DNA of 39,351 nt from the NCBI GenBank assembly GCA_964617655.1, contig CAZTXN010000004.1, positions 1 through 39,351 of the forward strand. The letters run 5' to 3'. Position 1 is the first letter of the stretch, and every line of letters begins with the position of its first letter. Below are positions 1 to 12,317 of the stretch, piece after piece. The notes below the pieces were generated by a model that was not told where the DNA came from, made no database searches, and saw nothing but the letters and a program-made list of their open reading frames with translations. A program made the translations under genes and the position numbers. This DNA is from an uncultured Nitrospiraceae bacterium (GTDB lineage Bacteria > Nitrospirota > UBA9217).

Positions 1-110
1 CGAGCCAGCACAAGAAGGTCAACCGCCGGACCACGGAGCAGGAGTATGACCAGGCGTACGACGTCAAGATGAAGTATGGATTGAAGAAGGGATGGGTGCA
101 GGATATCTAA
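1..110 (+). CDS. 3' end of an unidentified gene (partial, runs off left edge)
   Basis: Open frame enters from the window edge (...YDVKMKYGLKKGWVQDI) and ends at TAA 108-110. Too short to assign a family. Confidence 0.3.
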   Translation, partial: SQHKKVNRRTTEQEYDQAYDVKMKYGLKKGWVQDI

Positions 111-113
111 GGA

Positions 114-236
114 AAATCCCAAATGACAAATCCCAAATAGCAAACAGCGTTCCCCTCCGAGCGGTCTCATGGTCCTACTCGTTGGCAATTGGAGCTTGGT
201 CATTATTTGGGATTTGTGATCTGGAGATTGGGATTT
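114..236. repeat. Heptamer-array inverted repeat (AAATCCC words)
   Basis: Five tandem 7-mers AAATCCC/AAATGAC/AAATCCC/AAATAGC/AAACAGC at 114-148. Complementary 7-mers GGGATTT/GTGATCT/GGAGATT/GGGATTT at 209-236. About 60 nt spacer. Lies between the upstream stop and the carB start. Confidence 0.75.
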
Positions 237-263
237 AGCATTATCGAAAGAGGTGTTCAATAC

Positions 264-3544
<3,281 letters not shown>

Positions 3545-3548
<4 letters not shown>

Positions 3549-4027
3549 GCAAGAAAGTACCCATGACGAGGGACGGCTACGACAAGCTCAAGAAGGAGCT
3601 TGACCACCTGCTGAAGGTGGAGCGTCCGAAGAACATCAGGGACATCGAGGAGGCCCGCGGCCACGGCGACCTCTCGGAGAACGCGGAGTACCATGCCGCC
3701 AAGGAGCGGCAGGGGCATATCGATGCGAAGAAGCGCGAGCTCGAGCACAAGCTGGCCCATGCGCAGATCATCGACACCTCCAGGCTCTCGAACGAGAAGG
3801 TGGTCTTCGGCACCACCGTGACCGTTGCGGACACCGAGACCGGCGACACCAAGCGGTTCACCCTCGTCGGCCAGGAGGAGGCGGACATCAAGCGGGGCAA
3901 GATCTCGGTCCAGTCGCCCGTCGGCAAGGCGCTGATCGGCCACAAGGCCGGGGACACCGTCAAGGTCCGGACGCCGGCCCGGCTGGTGGAGTACGAGATC
4001 CAGGAGATCGAGATTGCCGCCGGGTAG
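3545..4027 (+). CDS. greA: Transcription elongation factor GreA
   Basis: [13 protein letters not shown]...[16 protein letters not shown] motif. 160 aa. ATGA overlap with the carB stop. Confidence 0.95.
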
Positions 4028-4859
4028 GCTCCATCAGGCCGAGGTCCGGTCGCATGCTCCCGCCGGGAGCGAATACTTCCGGCTGGTCCTGCGCGCCCCC
4101 GCCCTGGCACGGCAGGCGAAGCCCGGCCACTTCCTCATGCTCCGGGTCACCGGGAACCTGGACCCCCTCCTGGCGCGTCCCTTCGGCATCGCCGCGGTCC
4201 TGGCGAACCGGGAGATCGAGCTCTATTACCGCGTGGCGGGGAGGGGCACCGGTCTGCTGACCGCGGTCCGTCCGGGAGGCGCCCTTACCGCCGTGGGGCC
4301 GCTGGGCAACGGTTTTTCAGCGCCGCCCCGTGGCGCGGCGCCGCTCCTGGTGGCGGGCGGCAGCGGCTTCCCGCCGCTCCTGTTCTTCGCGGCGCGCCAC
4401 GGCGGGAAGGCCCATTTGTTCAGCGGCTCCCGCGACCGGGCCTGCCTGCCCCCGCCGGAGGCGATGCGGCAGTTCCGTGCCCGGGTCCAAGCGGTACACT
4501 ACGCGACCGAGGACGGCAGCCGCGGCGCCTGCGGTTTCGTGACCGATCCGCTCGCCCGCTTCCTGGCCTCCGCCGGGGCGGAGGGACGCTATGTCATCTA
4601 TGCCTGCGGCCCCCGGCCCATGCTGGCAGCGGTGAGCAGGGTCGCGGCGGAGCGGGGCATCACCTGCTACGTCTCGATGGAGGAGCGGATGGCCTGCGGT
4701 CTCGGGGTCTGCATGGGCTGCTCCGTGCCGGCGGCGTCCGGCGGCTACAAGCGCGTCTGCAAGGAGGGGCCGGTCTTCCTTTCCACGGATATTGATTGGG
4801 GCGGTAGCGTACCGCTCGAGCGTGCGAGTGCGGAGTCCGGAGTGCGGAGTGCGGAATGA
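4014..4859 (+). CDS. pyrK: Dihydroorotate dehydrogenase (class 1B) electron-transfer subunit
   Basis: Ferredoxin-reductase-like N-terminus ([18 protein letters not shown]). C-terminal 2Fe-2S cysteines CGLGVCMGC...VCKEGPVF. The only in-frame start ahead of the conserved N-terminus is TTG 4014. The last ~12 codons are encoded by a heptamer array. Confidence 0.85.
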   Translation: MPPGRLHQAEVRSHAPAGSEYFRLVLRAPALARQAKPGHFLMLRVTGNLDPLLARPFGIAAVLANREIELYYRVAGRGTGLLTAVRPGGALTAVGPLGNGFSAPPRGAAPLLVAGGSGFPPLLFFAARHGGKAHLFSGSRDRACLPPPEAMRQFRARVQAVHYATEDGSRGACGFVTDPLARFLASAGAEGRYVIYACGPRPMLAAVSRVAAERGITCYVSMEERMACGLGVCMGCSVPAASGGYKRVCKEGPVFLSTDIDWGGSVPLERASAESGVRSAE

Positions 4860-4897
4860 AGAGATCCCGATCCGAAATCCGCAATCCGCGATCCGCA
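4821..4897. repeat. Heptamer-array hairpin spanning the pyrK stop and pyrD start
   Basis: Left arm has five 7-mers (CGTGCGA, GTGCGGA, GTCCGGA, GTGCGGA, GTGCGGA; 4821-4855). Right arm has ATCCCG plus ATCCGAA, ATCCGCA, ATCCGCG, ATCCGCA (4864-4897), complementary to TGCGGAT. The loop holds the ATGA start/stop overlap at 4856-4859. Confidence 0.8.
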
Positions 4898-5818
4898 ATT
4901 GCCAGGCCTGATCTCTCCGTCGAGGTCGCGGGCATCAGGCTGAAGAACCCGGTCCTGACCGCGTCCGGCACCTTCGGCTACGGCGAGGAGTACCGGGACA
5001 TCGTGGACCTGAACCGGCTGGGCGGCGTGATCGTGAAGGGCGTGTCGCTCCGGCCGATCGCCGGCAATCCGCCGCCGCGCATCTGGGAGACCCCGTCAGG
5101 CATGCTGAACGCCATCGGCCTCGAGAACCCCGGCGTCGAGGTCTTCCTCCGGGAGAAACTGCCCTACCTCCGCCGGTTCGAGACCGCGGTCATCGTGAAC
5201 GTCTTCGGGTACAGCCGCGAGGAGTATGTCGCGGTGGTGGAGCGGCTGGACGGGGCGCCGGGCGTTGCGGGGCTCGAGGTGAACATCTCCTGCCCGAACG
5301 TGAAGGCCGGCGGCATCGTCTTCGGCACGAACGTCAAGGCGTCATTCGAACTGCTCTCGGCGCTGCGCAGGGCGACGAAGCTGCCGCTGATCGCCAAGCT
5401 CTCCCCGAACGTCACGGACATCACGGAGTTCGCCCGTGCGGCGGCCGACGCGGGCTGCGACGGGCTCTCGCTCATCAACACCCTGCTCGGCATGGCCATC
5501 GACGTCCGCACCCGCAGGCCCCGGCTGGCGAACCGGACCGGAGGCCTGTCGGGCCCGGCCATCCGGCCGGTGGCGGTGCGCATGGTCTGGCAGGCGGCGC
5601 AGGCCGTGCGCCTGCCCATCATCGGGATGGGCGGGATCCTGACGGCCGAGGACGCCCTGGAGTTCATCCTCGCCGGAGCGACGGCCGTCGCCGTGGGGAC
5701 GGCGAACTTCGTGAACCCGCGGGCGACCCTGGACGTGGCCGAGGGGATCGAACGGTTCCTGGCGCAGGAGGGCATCGGGTCGGTGCGGGAGCTGGTGGGC
5801 AAAGCGGGGGCGGAGTGA
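4856..5818 (+). CDS. pyrD: Dihydroorotate dehydrogenase class 1B, catalytic subunit
   Basis: [42 protein letters not shown] motifs. Follows pyrK with an ATGA overlap. Confidence 0.92.
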   Translation: MKRSRSEIRNPRSAIARPDLSVEVAGIRLKNPVLTASGTFGYGEEYRDIVDLNRLGGVIVKGVSLRPIAGNPPPRIWETPSGMLNAIGLENPGVEVFLREKLPYLRRFETAVIVNVFGYSREEYVAVVERLDGAPGVAGLEVNISCPNVKAGGIVFGTNVKASFELLSALRRATKLPLIAKLSPNVTDITEFARAAADAGCDGLSLINTLLGMAIDVRTRRPRLANRTGGLSGPAIRPVAVRMVWQAAQAVRLPIIGMGGILTAEDALEFILAGATAVAVGTANFVNPRATLDVAEGIERFLAQEGIGSVRELVGKAGAE

Positions 5819-7293
5819 GATTCGCCACCAGCCTCAGGAGCAAGATCATCCTCTCGATCTCCGGGATCCTGGCGGTGATCATCGGCGTCGGCACCTGGAT
5901 CAACATCGGCTACCAGCGCGGCCAGATGGAGTCGGCGCTGCAGGACAACGTCCTCATCATCTCCAATACGATCGAGAAGAGCCTGGCGAACGCCATGCTG
6001 GACGGCAGGAGCAAGGAGGTCCAGCAGATCCTCGAGGCGGTCGGCACCTACCACAACATCCGGGAAGTGCGGATCTTCAGCCCCAACGGCGTGATCCTGA
6101 AGTCGTCGAAGCGGTGGCAGATCGGCAGGAAGGTCGACAGCGCCACCCAGAAATGGTTCCTCGAGGGGAAGTTCAAGAAGCCGATCAAGCGTCGCAGTGA
6201 TGGCGTTTTTTCCGTGCTGTTTCCGATAGAGAACGCGGAGCCATGCTACCGCTGCCACGGCGCCATGGCCCGGCTGAACGGCATCCTTGCCGTGGATGTC
6301 TCCATGGCGGCGACGCAGGAGAAGGTGGGGGAGCTGAGCAAAACCATGATCCTCTGGGCACTGGGCATCACGGCGATCCTGGCGATCTTCCTCTCGCTCT
6401 TCCTGAGCCATTTCGTCACGAACCCGATCCAGGACCTGATGGCCACCATCGAACGCGCGGAGCAGGGGCTCGAGGCGCGGGTTCCGGTCAAGAGCAGCGA
6501 CGACATCGGGAGGCTGGGTGAGGCGTTCAACGCGCTGCTGTCGAAGCTGGAACGCGCGCGCCGCCGGGTGGAGCACTATCACTACGAGCAGATGAAGCGG
6601 GCGGACCGGCTGGCCTCGATCGGCGAGATGGCCGCCGGCATCGCCCATGAGATCAAGAACCCGCTGGCGGGCATCGCGGGCGTGATCCAGGTTCTGAAGA
6701 AAGACCTTTCGCAGGGGGATACAAAACGCGCGGTGCTGGACGAGGTGCTGTCCCAGGTCGAGCGGATGGACAAGGCGGTCCGCAACCTCCTCTCCTTTGC
6801 CCGTCCGCCGGAGCCGAAGATGCAGATGGCGGACGTGAACGAGCTGATCGGGAAGCTGCTGGACTTCCTGGCGCCGCAGTTCGCCAAGTGCGGCATCACG
6901 GCGGAGCGCAGGCTCGCGGCCGGCCTGCCCTGGGTATTCCTGGACCCGGATCTGATGCAGCAGGCGATGTTGAATATCGCATTGAACGCCATCAAGGCCA
7001 TGCCCGAGGGAGGCCGGTTCGCCATCGAGACGCAGGGCCGGCAGGACGGGGAGGGGAGGGGCGGAAGCATCAGCATCGTCCTGTCCGACACCGGGCAGGG
7101 GATCGCGCCGGAGAACCTCGGCCGCATCTTCAATCCTTTTTTCACCACGCGCCAGCAGGGCACGGGGCTGGGCCTCTCGATCACCCAGCGCATCGTGGAG
7201 CAGCATCGGGGCGACATCAGTGTCCAGAGCACGCGGGGCCAAGGCACGGTCTTCACCATCACGCTGCCGGCCTCGGCTTCAGCGGACGACTAG
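5815..7293 (+). CDS. Sensor histidine kinase with a periplasmic CxxCH-containing sensor domain, HAMP, HisKA and HATPase
   Basis: TM1 ([15 protein letters not shown]), ~150 aa loop ending in CYRCH (6244-6258), then TM2. HAMP, H-box [13 protein letters not shown]-box [11 protein letters not shown] start overlaps the pyrD TGA. Confidence 0.9.
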   Translation: MRFATSLRSKIILSISGILAVIIGVGTWINIGYQRGQMESALQDNVLIISNTIEKSLANAMLDGRSKEVQQILEAVGTYHNIREVRIFSPNGVILKSSKRWQIGRKVDSATQKWFLEGKFKKPIKRRSDGVFSVLFPIENAEPCYRCHGAMARLNGILAVDVSMAATQEKVGELSKTMILWALGITAILAIFLSLFLSHFVTNPIQDLMATIERAEQGLEARVPVKSSDDIGRLGEAFNALLSKLERARRRVEHYHYEQMKRADRLASIGEMAAGIAHEIKNPLAGIAGVIQVLKKDLSQGDTKRAVLDEVLSQVERMDKAVRNLLSFARPPEPKMQMADVNELIGKLLDFLAPQFAKCGITAERRLAAGLPWVFLDPDLMQQAMLNIALNAIKAMPEGGRFAIETQGRQDGEGRGGSISIVLSDTGQGIAPENLGRIFNPFFTTRQQGTGLGLSITQRIVEQHRGDISVQSTRGQGTVFTITLPASASADD

Positions 7294-7336
7294 ACCGGGC
7301 CTGCCGCTGGTCCCTCCATGAAGGAGCGAACGATCC

Positions 7337-8704
7337 ATGTCCTACAAGATCCTGGTCATTGACGACGAGAAGCTCATTCGCTGGACCCTGGAGCAGCACC
7401 TGGCGAAGGACGGCTATGAGGTCATCACCGCGGACTCGGCCGAGAAGGGGTTCCAGCTGATCACGGACGAGGCGCCGGACCTCGTCCTCCTCGACAACCG
7501 CCTCCCGGAAATGTCCGGTCTGGAGCTGCTCGAGAAGCTCAATCCGGCGGAGCGGGGCGTCATGGTCATCATGATCACCGCGTACGGCCTGGTCGAGACC
7601 GCGGTCAAGGCGATGAAGCTCGGCGCCTACGACTATATCAGCAAACCCTTCAATCTCGAGGAGATCTCCTTCGTCATCCGGAAGGCGCTCGAGGCGGGCT
7701 CGCTGCGGCGCCAGGTGAAGCAGCTCCGGGGCAGGGTGGACTCCATCGTCGGCGAGACCGAGCAGATGAAACGGGTGGAGGACCTCATCATCAAGATCGC
7801 CCGGAGCGAGGCGACCACGGTCCTGATCCAGGGCGAGAGCGGCACGGGCAAGGAACTGGTGGCCAAGGCGATCCATCACGCGAGCTCCCGGGCGGACAAG
7901 CCGTTCCTGGCGATCAACTGCGCCGCGCTGCCGATCACGCTGCTCGAGTCCGAGCTCATGGGCCACGAGAAGGGCGCGTTCACCGACGCGAAGACCGCCA
8001 AGAAGGGGCTGCTGGAGCTGGCCGACGGGGGCACCATGTTCCTCGACGAGATCGGGGACATGGACATGAACATGCAGGCCAAGCTGCTGCGTGTGCTCGA
8101 GGAGCGCTCCTTCCGGCGGGTCGGCGGCGTCCGGGACATCAAGGTGGACGTGCGGATCATCTCGGCCACGAACCAGGACCTCCAGGCGGCGATGAACGAG
8201 GGGGCTTTCCGGAAGGACCTCTTCTACCGGCTCCAGGTCGTGCCCATCCTGCTGCCGCCGCTCCGGGAGCGGGGAGGGGACATCCTGCTGCTGGCCCGCC
8301 ATTTCATGGAGCAGTTCTCCCGCGAGTGCCACCGGAAGGCCGTGGGGATCTCGCCCGAGGCGGAGCAGGTCATGCTCTCCCATTCCTGGCCGGGCAATGT
8401 GCGGGAGCTCAAGAACGTGATCGAGCGCGCCATGATCTTCGATATCGAGGGCGACCTGCTGCCAGAACACCTGCCGCTGGAGCTCATGGAGGCGCAGCAG
8501 GCGCCGGTCCTGCGGTCCGGCGGCCAGTTCACCCTGGACTGCATCACCATCCCCGAGGAGGGGATCTCGATCGAGGACGTGGAGCACGCGCTGGTGAAGA
8601 AGGCGCTCGAGACCGCAGAGGGCAATCAGACCCGGGCCGCCCAGCTCCTGCGGATGCCGCGGGACGCCTTCCGGCGGCGGATGAAGCGGTACGGTCTCGT
8701 CTGA
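7337..8704 (+). CDS. Sigma54-dependent response regulator (NtrC family: REC + AAA+ + Fis-type HTH)
   Basis: KILVIDDE...LLDNRLP receiver. Walker [15 protein letters not shown] (GAFTGA-type sigma54 contact loop). C-terminal [34 protein letters not shown] upstream. Confidence 0.95.
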   Translation: MSYKILVIDDEKLIRWTLEQHLAKDGYEVITADSAEKGFQLITDEAPDLVLLDNRLPEMSGLELLEKLNPAERGVMVIMITAYGLVETAVKAMKLGAYDYISKPFNLEEISFVIRKALEAGSLRRQVKQLRGRVDSIVGETEQMKRVEDLIIKIARSEATTVLIQGESGTGKELVAKAIHHASSRADKPFLAINCAALPITLLESELMGHEKGAFTDAKTAKKGLLELADGGTMFLDEIGDMDMNMQAKLLRVLEERSFRRVGGVRDIKVDVRIISATNQDLQAAMNEGAFRKDLFYRLQVVPILLPPLRERGGDILLLARHFMEQFSRECHRKAVGISPEAEQVMLSHSWPGNVRELKNVIERAMIFDIEGDLLPEHLPLELMEAQQAPVLRSGGQFTLDCITIPEEGISIEDVEHALVKKALETAEGNQTRAAQLLRMPRDAFRRRMKRYGLV

Positions 8705-8795
8705 TCCTCCCTGCAGGCTGAGGGAAGATCGATTCTGAGCATCTGCAGGCCATCACCTGTTCCGCCGGTCCCCGGATCGAGGCTGAAGATATCTA

Positions 8796-8821
8796 CTCAG
8801 CTGATGAGCGAAACTGCTCAG
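8796..8821. promoter_or_regulatory. Candidate enhancer (UAS) dyads for the NtrC-type regulator
   Basis: TGAGC-N6-GCTCA at 8805-8820, overlapping CTCA-N5-TGAG at 8796-8808. Further CTGAGC/CTGCAGG copies at 8711-8749. About 90 bp upstream of the -24 element, with an A/T-rich tract (8845-8900) in between. Confidence 0.35.
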
Positions 8822-8900
8822 GCCGCTAGTTCCGTATGGTCTTTCATGATTTTTTTTATTTATATATCAGTTGGTTGTAGGGAAAAGACCAATAAATAGC

Positions 8901-8916
8901 AGGCACATTTATTGCA
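8901..8916 (+). promoter_or_regulatory. Sigma54 (-24/-12) promoter
   Basis: aGGCACatttaTTGCA compared with consensus TGGCAC-N5-TTGCA. GG and GC are exactly 12 nt apart. It is ~70 nt upstream of ATG 8987, which has SD GAGGAG at 8973-8978. Confidence 0.6.
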
Positions 8917-8986
8917 ACCAACAAACAGTTGAACTTCTTTCCTTCCGTGCCCTTACATATCTTTTGCCGCTGAGGAGCCATCCGTC

Positions 8987-10339
8987 ATGGGGAAACGCCT
9001 AGCAGTCGGTGCCAGTTTTGCCTTCCTGCTCGCCCTCTTCACAGTCCTGGTCCTGTCCGCTCCCCAGGAACTGGGTGCGCAGGCCCCGGCAGCAGGGGAC
9101 AGCTGTGTGACAGCAAAGTGCCATGCATCCTTCGGCAAGGGCGCTGCCGTTCATTCGCCGGTCAAGGAAGGCATGTGCGCCGCCTGCCACATGGCGGTGG
9201 CGGACCCCCAGAAGGGATCGAAGCATCCGGGCAACCTGGTCATCACCCTGATGCAGCAGGGCAGCGAGCTCTGCGCCATGTGCCATGGTCAGAAGGGCGC
9301 CAAGAAGGTGGTGCACGCACCGATCATGGGCGGGGACTGCACGTCCTGCCATGATCCGCACCAGTCGGCGCACAAGGGCATGCTGAAGGCCGCGATGCCC
9401 GATCTCTGCTTCCAGTGTCATCCGGACAGTATGGTCAAACAGCCTGTCCTGCATCCGCCCGTGGCCGGCGGAGACTGCTCGTCCTGCCACGACAACCACG
9501 AGAGCGATTTTTCCGGCCGGCTGGTGCAGGACGGGAACGCGCTCTGCTTCATGTGCCATCCGGACAAGGAGGAGGGACTGAAGACCAAGAAGGTGGCCCA
9601 TATGCCGGTGCAGGCGGCCTGCGTCCAGTGCCACAACCCGCATGGCGCCGCCGCGCCGGCCATGCTCCCGGCAGCGGTGCCGGACCTCTGCGCCGGGTGC
9701 CACCCGAACGAGGTCATGATCGGCCGGAGGGCGGTGACGAAGCACGCACCCATGGGTGACGGCAAGAGCTGCCGGAACTGTCATGACCCGCACTTCTCGG
9801 ACCAGCCCAAGCTCCTGCTGACGGCCCAGGCGGCCATGTGCCTTGCCTGCCACGACCGCGAGCTCGAGACCGGGACCGGCAGGATCGCCAACATGAAGGA
9901 CCTGCTCCAGAAGAACAAGAACGCCCACGGCCCGCTCAAAGGCGGGGACTGCGTCTCCTGCCACGGCCCGCACGGCACCGACTACTGGCGGCTGCTGGTG
10001 CGGTACTATCCGGCCGACTTCTACACGCCCTATTCCGACGGGATGTACGCCCTCTGCTTCTCCTGCCATGACAAGGCGGCGTTCGCCGAGCGCCGGACGA
10101 CGAAGGCCACGGGCTTCCGTGACGGGGACAAGAACCTCCACTTCATCCATGTGAACAAGACGGCCAAGGGAAGGAGCTGCCGCGCCTGCCACGAGGTGCA
10201 CGCGGACAGCGACCGCCCGCACCATGTAAAGCAGCATGTGCAGTTCAGCGGATGGGCGATGCCGATGAACTACGCCGCGGGCAAGAACGGCGGGAGCTGC
10301 CTGCCGGGCTGCCACGGAGAGAAACGGTACAGCAGGTAG
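8987..10339 (+). CDS. Secreted multihaem c-type cytochrome (13 CxxCH + one CX4CH + one CX3CH)
   Basis: Signal peptide MGKRLAVGASFAFLLALFTVLVLSAP. Motifs: CVTAKCH, CAACH, CAMCH, CTSCH, CFQCH, CSSCH, CFMCH, CVQCH, CAGCH, CRNCH, CLACH, CVSCH, CFSCH, CRACH, CLPGCH. Alternating LCxxCH / GxCxxCH(D/N)PH pattern typical of paired-CxxCH cytochromes. Confidence 0.9.
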   Translation: MGKRLAVGASFAFLLALFTVLVLSAPQELGAQAPAAGDSCVTAKCHASFGKGAAVHSPVKEGMCAACHMAVADPQKGSKHPGNLVITLMQQGSELCAMCHGQKGAKKVVHAPIMGGDCTSCHDPHQSAHKGMLKAAMPDLCFQCHPDSMVKQPVLHPPVAGGDCSSCHDNHESDFSGRLVQDGNALCFMCHPDKEEGLKTKKVAHMPVQAACVQCHNPHGAAAPAMLPAAVPDLCAGCHPNEVMIGRRAVTKHAPMGDGKSCRNCHDPHFSDQPKLLLTAQAAMCLACHDRELETGTGRIANMKDLLQKNKNAHGPLKGGDCVSCHGPHGTDYWRLLVRYYPADFYTPYSDGMYALCFSCHDKAAFAERRTTKATGFRDGDKNLHFIHVNKTAKGRSCRACHEVHADSDRPHHVKQHVQFSGWAMPMNYAAGKNGGSCLPGCHGEKRYSR

Positions 10340-10378
10340 TTCCGGTCCCCGCTGAGGGACGTTCCGAAAGGAAGCCGA

Positions 10379-12316
10379 ATGGTGATCCGACGACGCGTGA
10401 TGTTTGCAGCTGCAGGTGCGGTCCTGGCGGGACTGCTTCTTCTCCCGGCACTGCCCGTGCGTTCCGCGGACCAGGCCGCTGTGCCCGCGCTTTCCATCCT
10501 TTACCCCAAGCATGAGTCTGCCGTGGGGCGGCGGGTGAACGTGGTGCTCGATCCCCTCACGGACTGGTCCGTGGCGCCCTTCTTCCAGGTCGTGGTGGGC
10601 GGCGCGGAGCATCCGGTGATCGACGCCTCCAGCGGCAGGCATGCGATGCAGGGCGTTCCCCTGGCGCCGGGCATGAACACCATCACCGTGCGGGCGCTCG
10701 CGCCGGCTCCCAAGGACTCCAAGCGGGAAGAGAACAAGTACCGGGTGCTCGCTTCACGCACGCTGGCGGTCTTCAACCGTGAAGGCAGCTTCACGCCGGT
10801 CACCGGCGCCTTCGAACCGCAGTACTATCACACCCGGGAGAACGAGGCGGACTGCTCCGGCTGCCACCGGCTCGAGGCGGAGCAGCAGGACCTCCGGCCG
10901 AAGGGACCGGACGACGTCCTCTGTATCGCCTGCCACCGCGAGGTTCGCAGGGGCAGGCATATCCACGGCCCGGCGGGGGTGGGGAACTGTCTGGCCTGCC
11001 ATGATCCCGAGCTCTTCCCGGTGAAGTACCAGTTCGATACCGTGGACCCCTGGCAGGTGACCAAGACGACGGCGCCGGTCGAGCCCGCGGTCTTCACCGT
11101 CTCGGCCGATGCGCTCTTCCGCCGCCAGAGCGCGGGGTTCGTGAGCGACAGCGTGCCGCCGCTCCCCCGCACCCGGGGCAGGCAGGACGCGGCGAAGGAG
11201 CAGGAGCTCCGCAGGCAGCGCGACGCGGAGGTCGCTGCGCTCAAGGCGAAGGAGCGGGAGCTCTTCCAGCCCTTCCTGGAGTACGTGAAGCAGAACCCGG
11301 GCGACAAGGTCCGCGTCGAGGTCCATGTGGACACCACCGAGCTCCCGGCCATGAAGGACAGGAAGGCGAAGGGATACCGGAGCCACCAGTCGCTGACCGC
11401 GGCGCGTGCGCGGGCGATCCAGAAACTGCTGGCCGCGTACGGCATAGCGGACAAGGAGCAGGTGTCCGTCGTGGGAATGGGAAGCTCCCTGCCCAAGGCG
11501 CCGAACACGACGGCCGAGAATCGGGCGTTGAACAACCGTATCGAGATCGTCGTGCACCCGGCTGATGTGAAGGTCCGGAACAGCCAGAAACTCCCGGTCC
11601 TGGCGGACCGCCGGCGGGTGATCGTGCACATGACCTATACCCAGGGCATTGCCGAGGTGAAGGACCTCAAGTTCATCGAGCGGCTGCCCCCGGGGTTCCA
11701 GTACGTGAAGCGGACCGGCGTCTACCGGGGGAACGCGCTCGACCCGAAGGCCGCGGGCGATGAACTGGTCTGGACGCTGGGAAGCCCGGGCAGCTACTTC
11801 CAGGAGGCCCTGTCCTTCGTGGTGCGGAAGGACCGGGGAGCGAAGGGCGACGTCGGTCCGGCGGCCCGCCTCCGCTTCCTTGCCGGCACGCAGGAACGCT
11901 CCCGGGAGTTCGATCCGCAGAGGCCGCAGAAGAACGGCCTGACCGTTCCCGAGACCTGCAGCAAGTGCCACGGCACGATGCTGACCGGCGCGTATTCGCA
12001 CGGGCCGGCGGCCGCGGGCCTCTGCACGCTCTGCCATGATCCCCATGCCAGCGACTACCGGGCCTGGACGCGAAAACAGTCGTGGCTGCTCTGCACGACC
12101 TGCCACGCGGAGAAGAAGAGCGAAGTGCATGTCATCCGGGGAGTCGTCCGCAACGTCTCCCATCCTACGCGGAAGCATCGTGATCCGTCGCGGCCGGGCA
12201 AGCGCCTGGCCTGCGTGAGCTGCCATTCCCCGCACAGCGCCGGGACGCAGGACCTGCTGAACTTCGGCGCCCGGAGCAAGTTCGAGCTCTGCGGCGTCTG
12301 CCATCCGAAAAAGTAG
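10379..12316 (+). CDS. Chimeric 8-haem cytochrome with internal OmpA-like peptidoglycan-binding and DUF11-like domains
   Basis: - Signal peptide: MFAAAGAVLAGLLLLPALPVRSA.
- N-terminal haem motifs: CSGCH, CIACH, CLACH (nt ~10853-11002).
- Coiled-coil segment, then OmpA-like block VRVEVHVD...SLTAARARAIQKLL...GMGSSLPKAPNTTAENRALNNRIEIVV (nt ~11261-11557).
- DUF11-like block LPPGFQYVKRTG...LVWTLG.
- C-terminal haem motifs: CSKCH, CTLCH, CTTCH, CVSCH, CGVCH. Confidence 0.88.
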   Translation: MVIRRRVMFAAAGAVLAGLLLLPALPVRSADQAAVPALSILYPKHESAVGRRVNVVLDPLTDWSVAPFFQVVVGGAEHPVIDASSGRHAMQGVPLAPGMNTITVRALAPAPKDSKREENKYRVLASRTLAVFNREGSFTPVTGAFEPQYYHTRENEADCSGCHRLEAEQQDLRPKGPDDVLCIACHREVRRGRHIHGPAGVGNCLACHDPELFPVKYQFDTVDPWQVTKTTAPVEPAVFTVSADALFRRQSAGFVSDSVPPLPRTRGRQDAAKEQELRRQRDAEVAALKAKERELFQPFLEYVKQNPGDKVRVEVHVDTTELPAMKDRKAKGYRSHQSLTAARARAIQKLLAAYGIADKEQVSVVGMGSSLPKAPNTTAENRALNNRIEIVVHPADVKVRNSQKLPVLADRRRVIVHMTYTQGIAEVKDLKFIERLPPGFQYVKRTGVYRGNALDPKAAGDELVWTLGSPGSYFQEALSFVVRKDRGAKGDVGPAARLRFLAGTQERSREFDPQRPQKNGLTVPETCSKCHGTMLTGAYSHGPAAAGLCTLCHDPHASDYRAWTRKQSWLLCTTCHAEKKSEVHVIRGVVRNVSHPTRKHRDPSRPGKRLACVSCHSPHSAGTQDLLNFGARSKFELCGVCHPKK

Positions 12317-12317
12317 G

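Noticed and set aside
189-263. N-terminal extension of carB in the ORF track ([25 protein letters not shown])
   Set aside because: It is encoded by the right arm of the heptamer repeat. The conserved CarB N-terminus begins at MPKRTDIKK, with an SD before ATG 264.
5164-7242. 692-aa ORF antisense to pyrD and the sensor kinase
   Set aside because: Same shadow-ORF signature. It spans two unrelated real genes on the other strand and has no SD or recognisable domains.
8999-12304. 547-aa and 516-aa ORFs antisense to the two cytochrome genes
   Set aside because: Low-complexity R/G/H/A-rich translations. The plus strand carries 23 haem motifs, signal peptides and SD sites.
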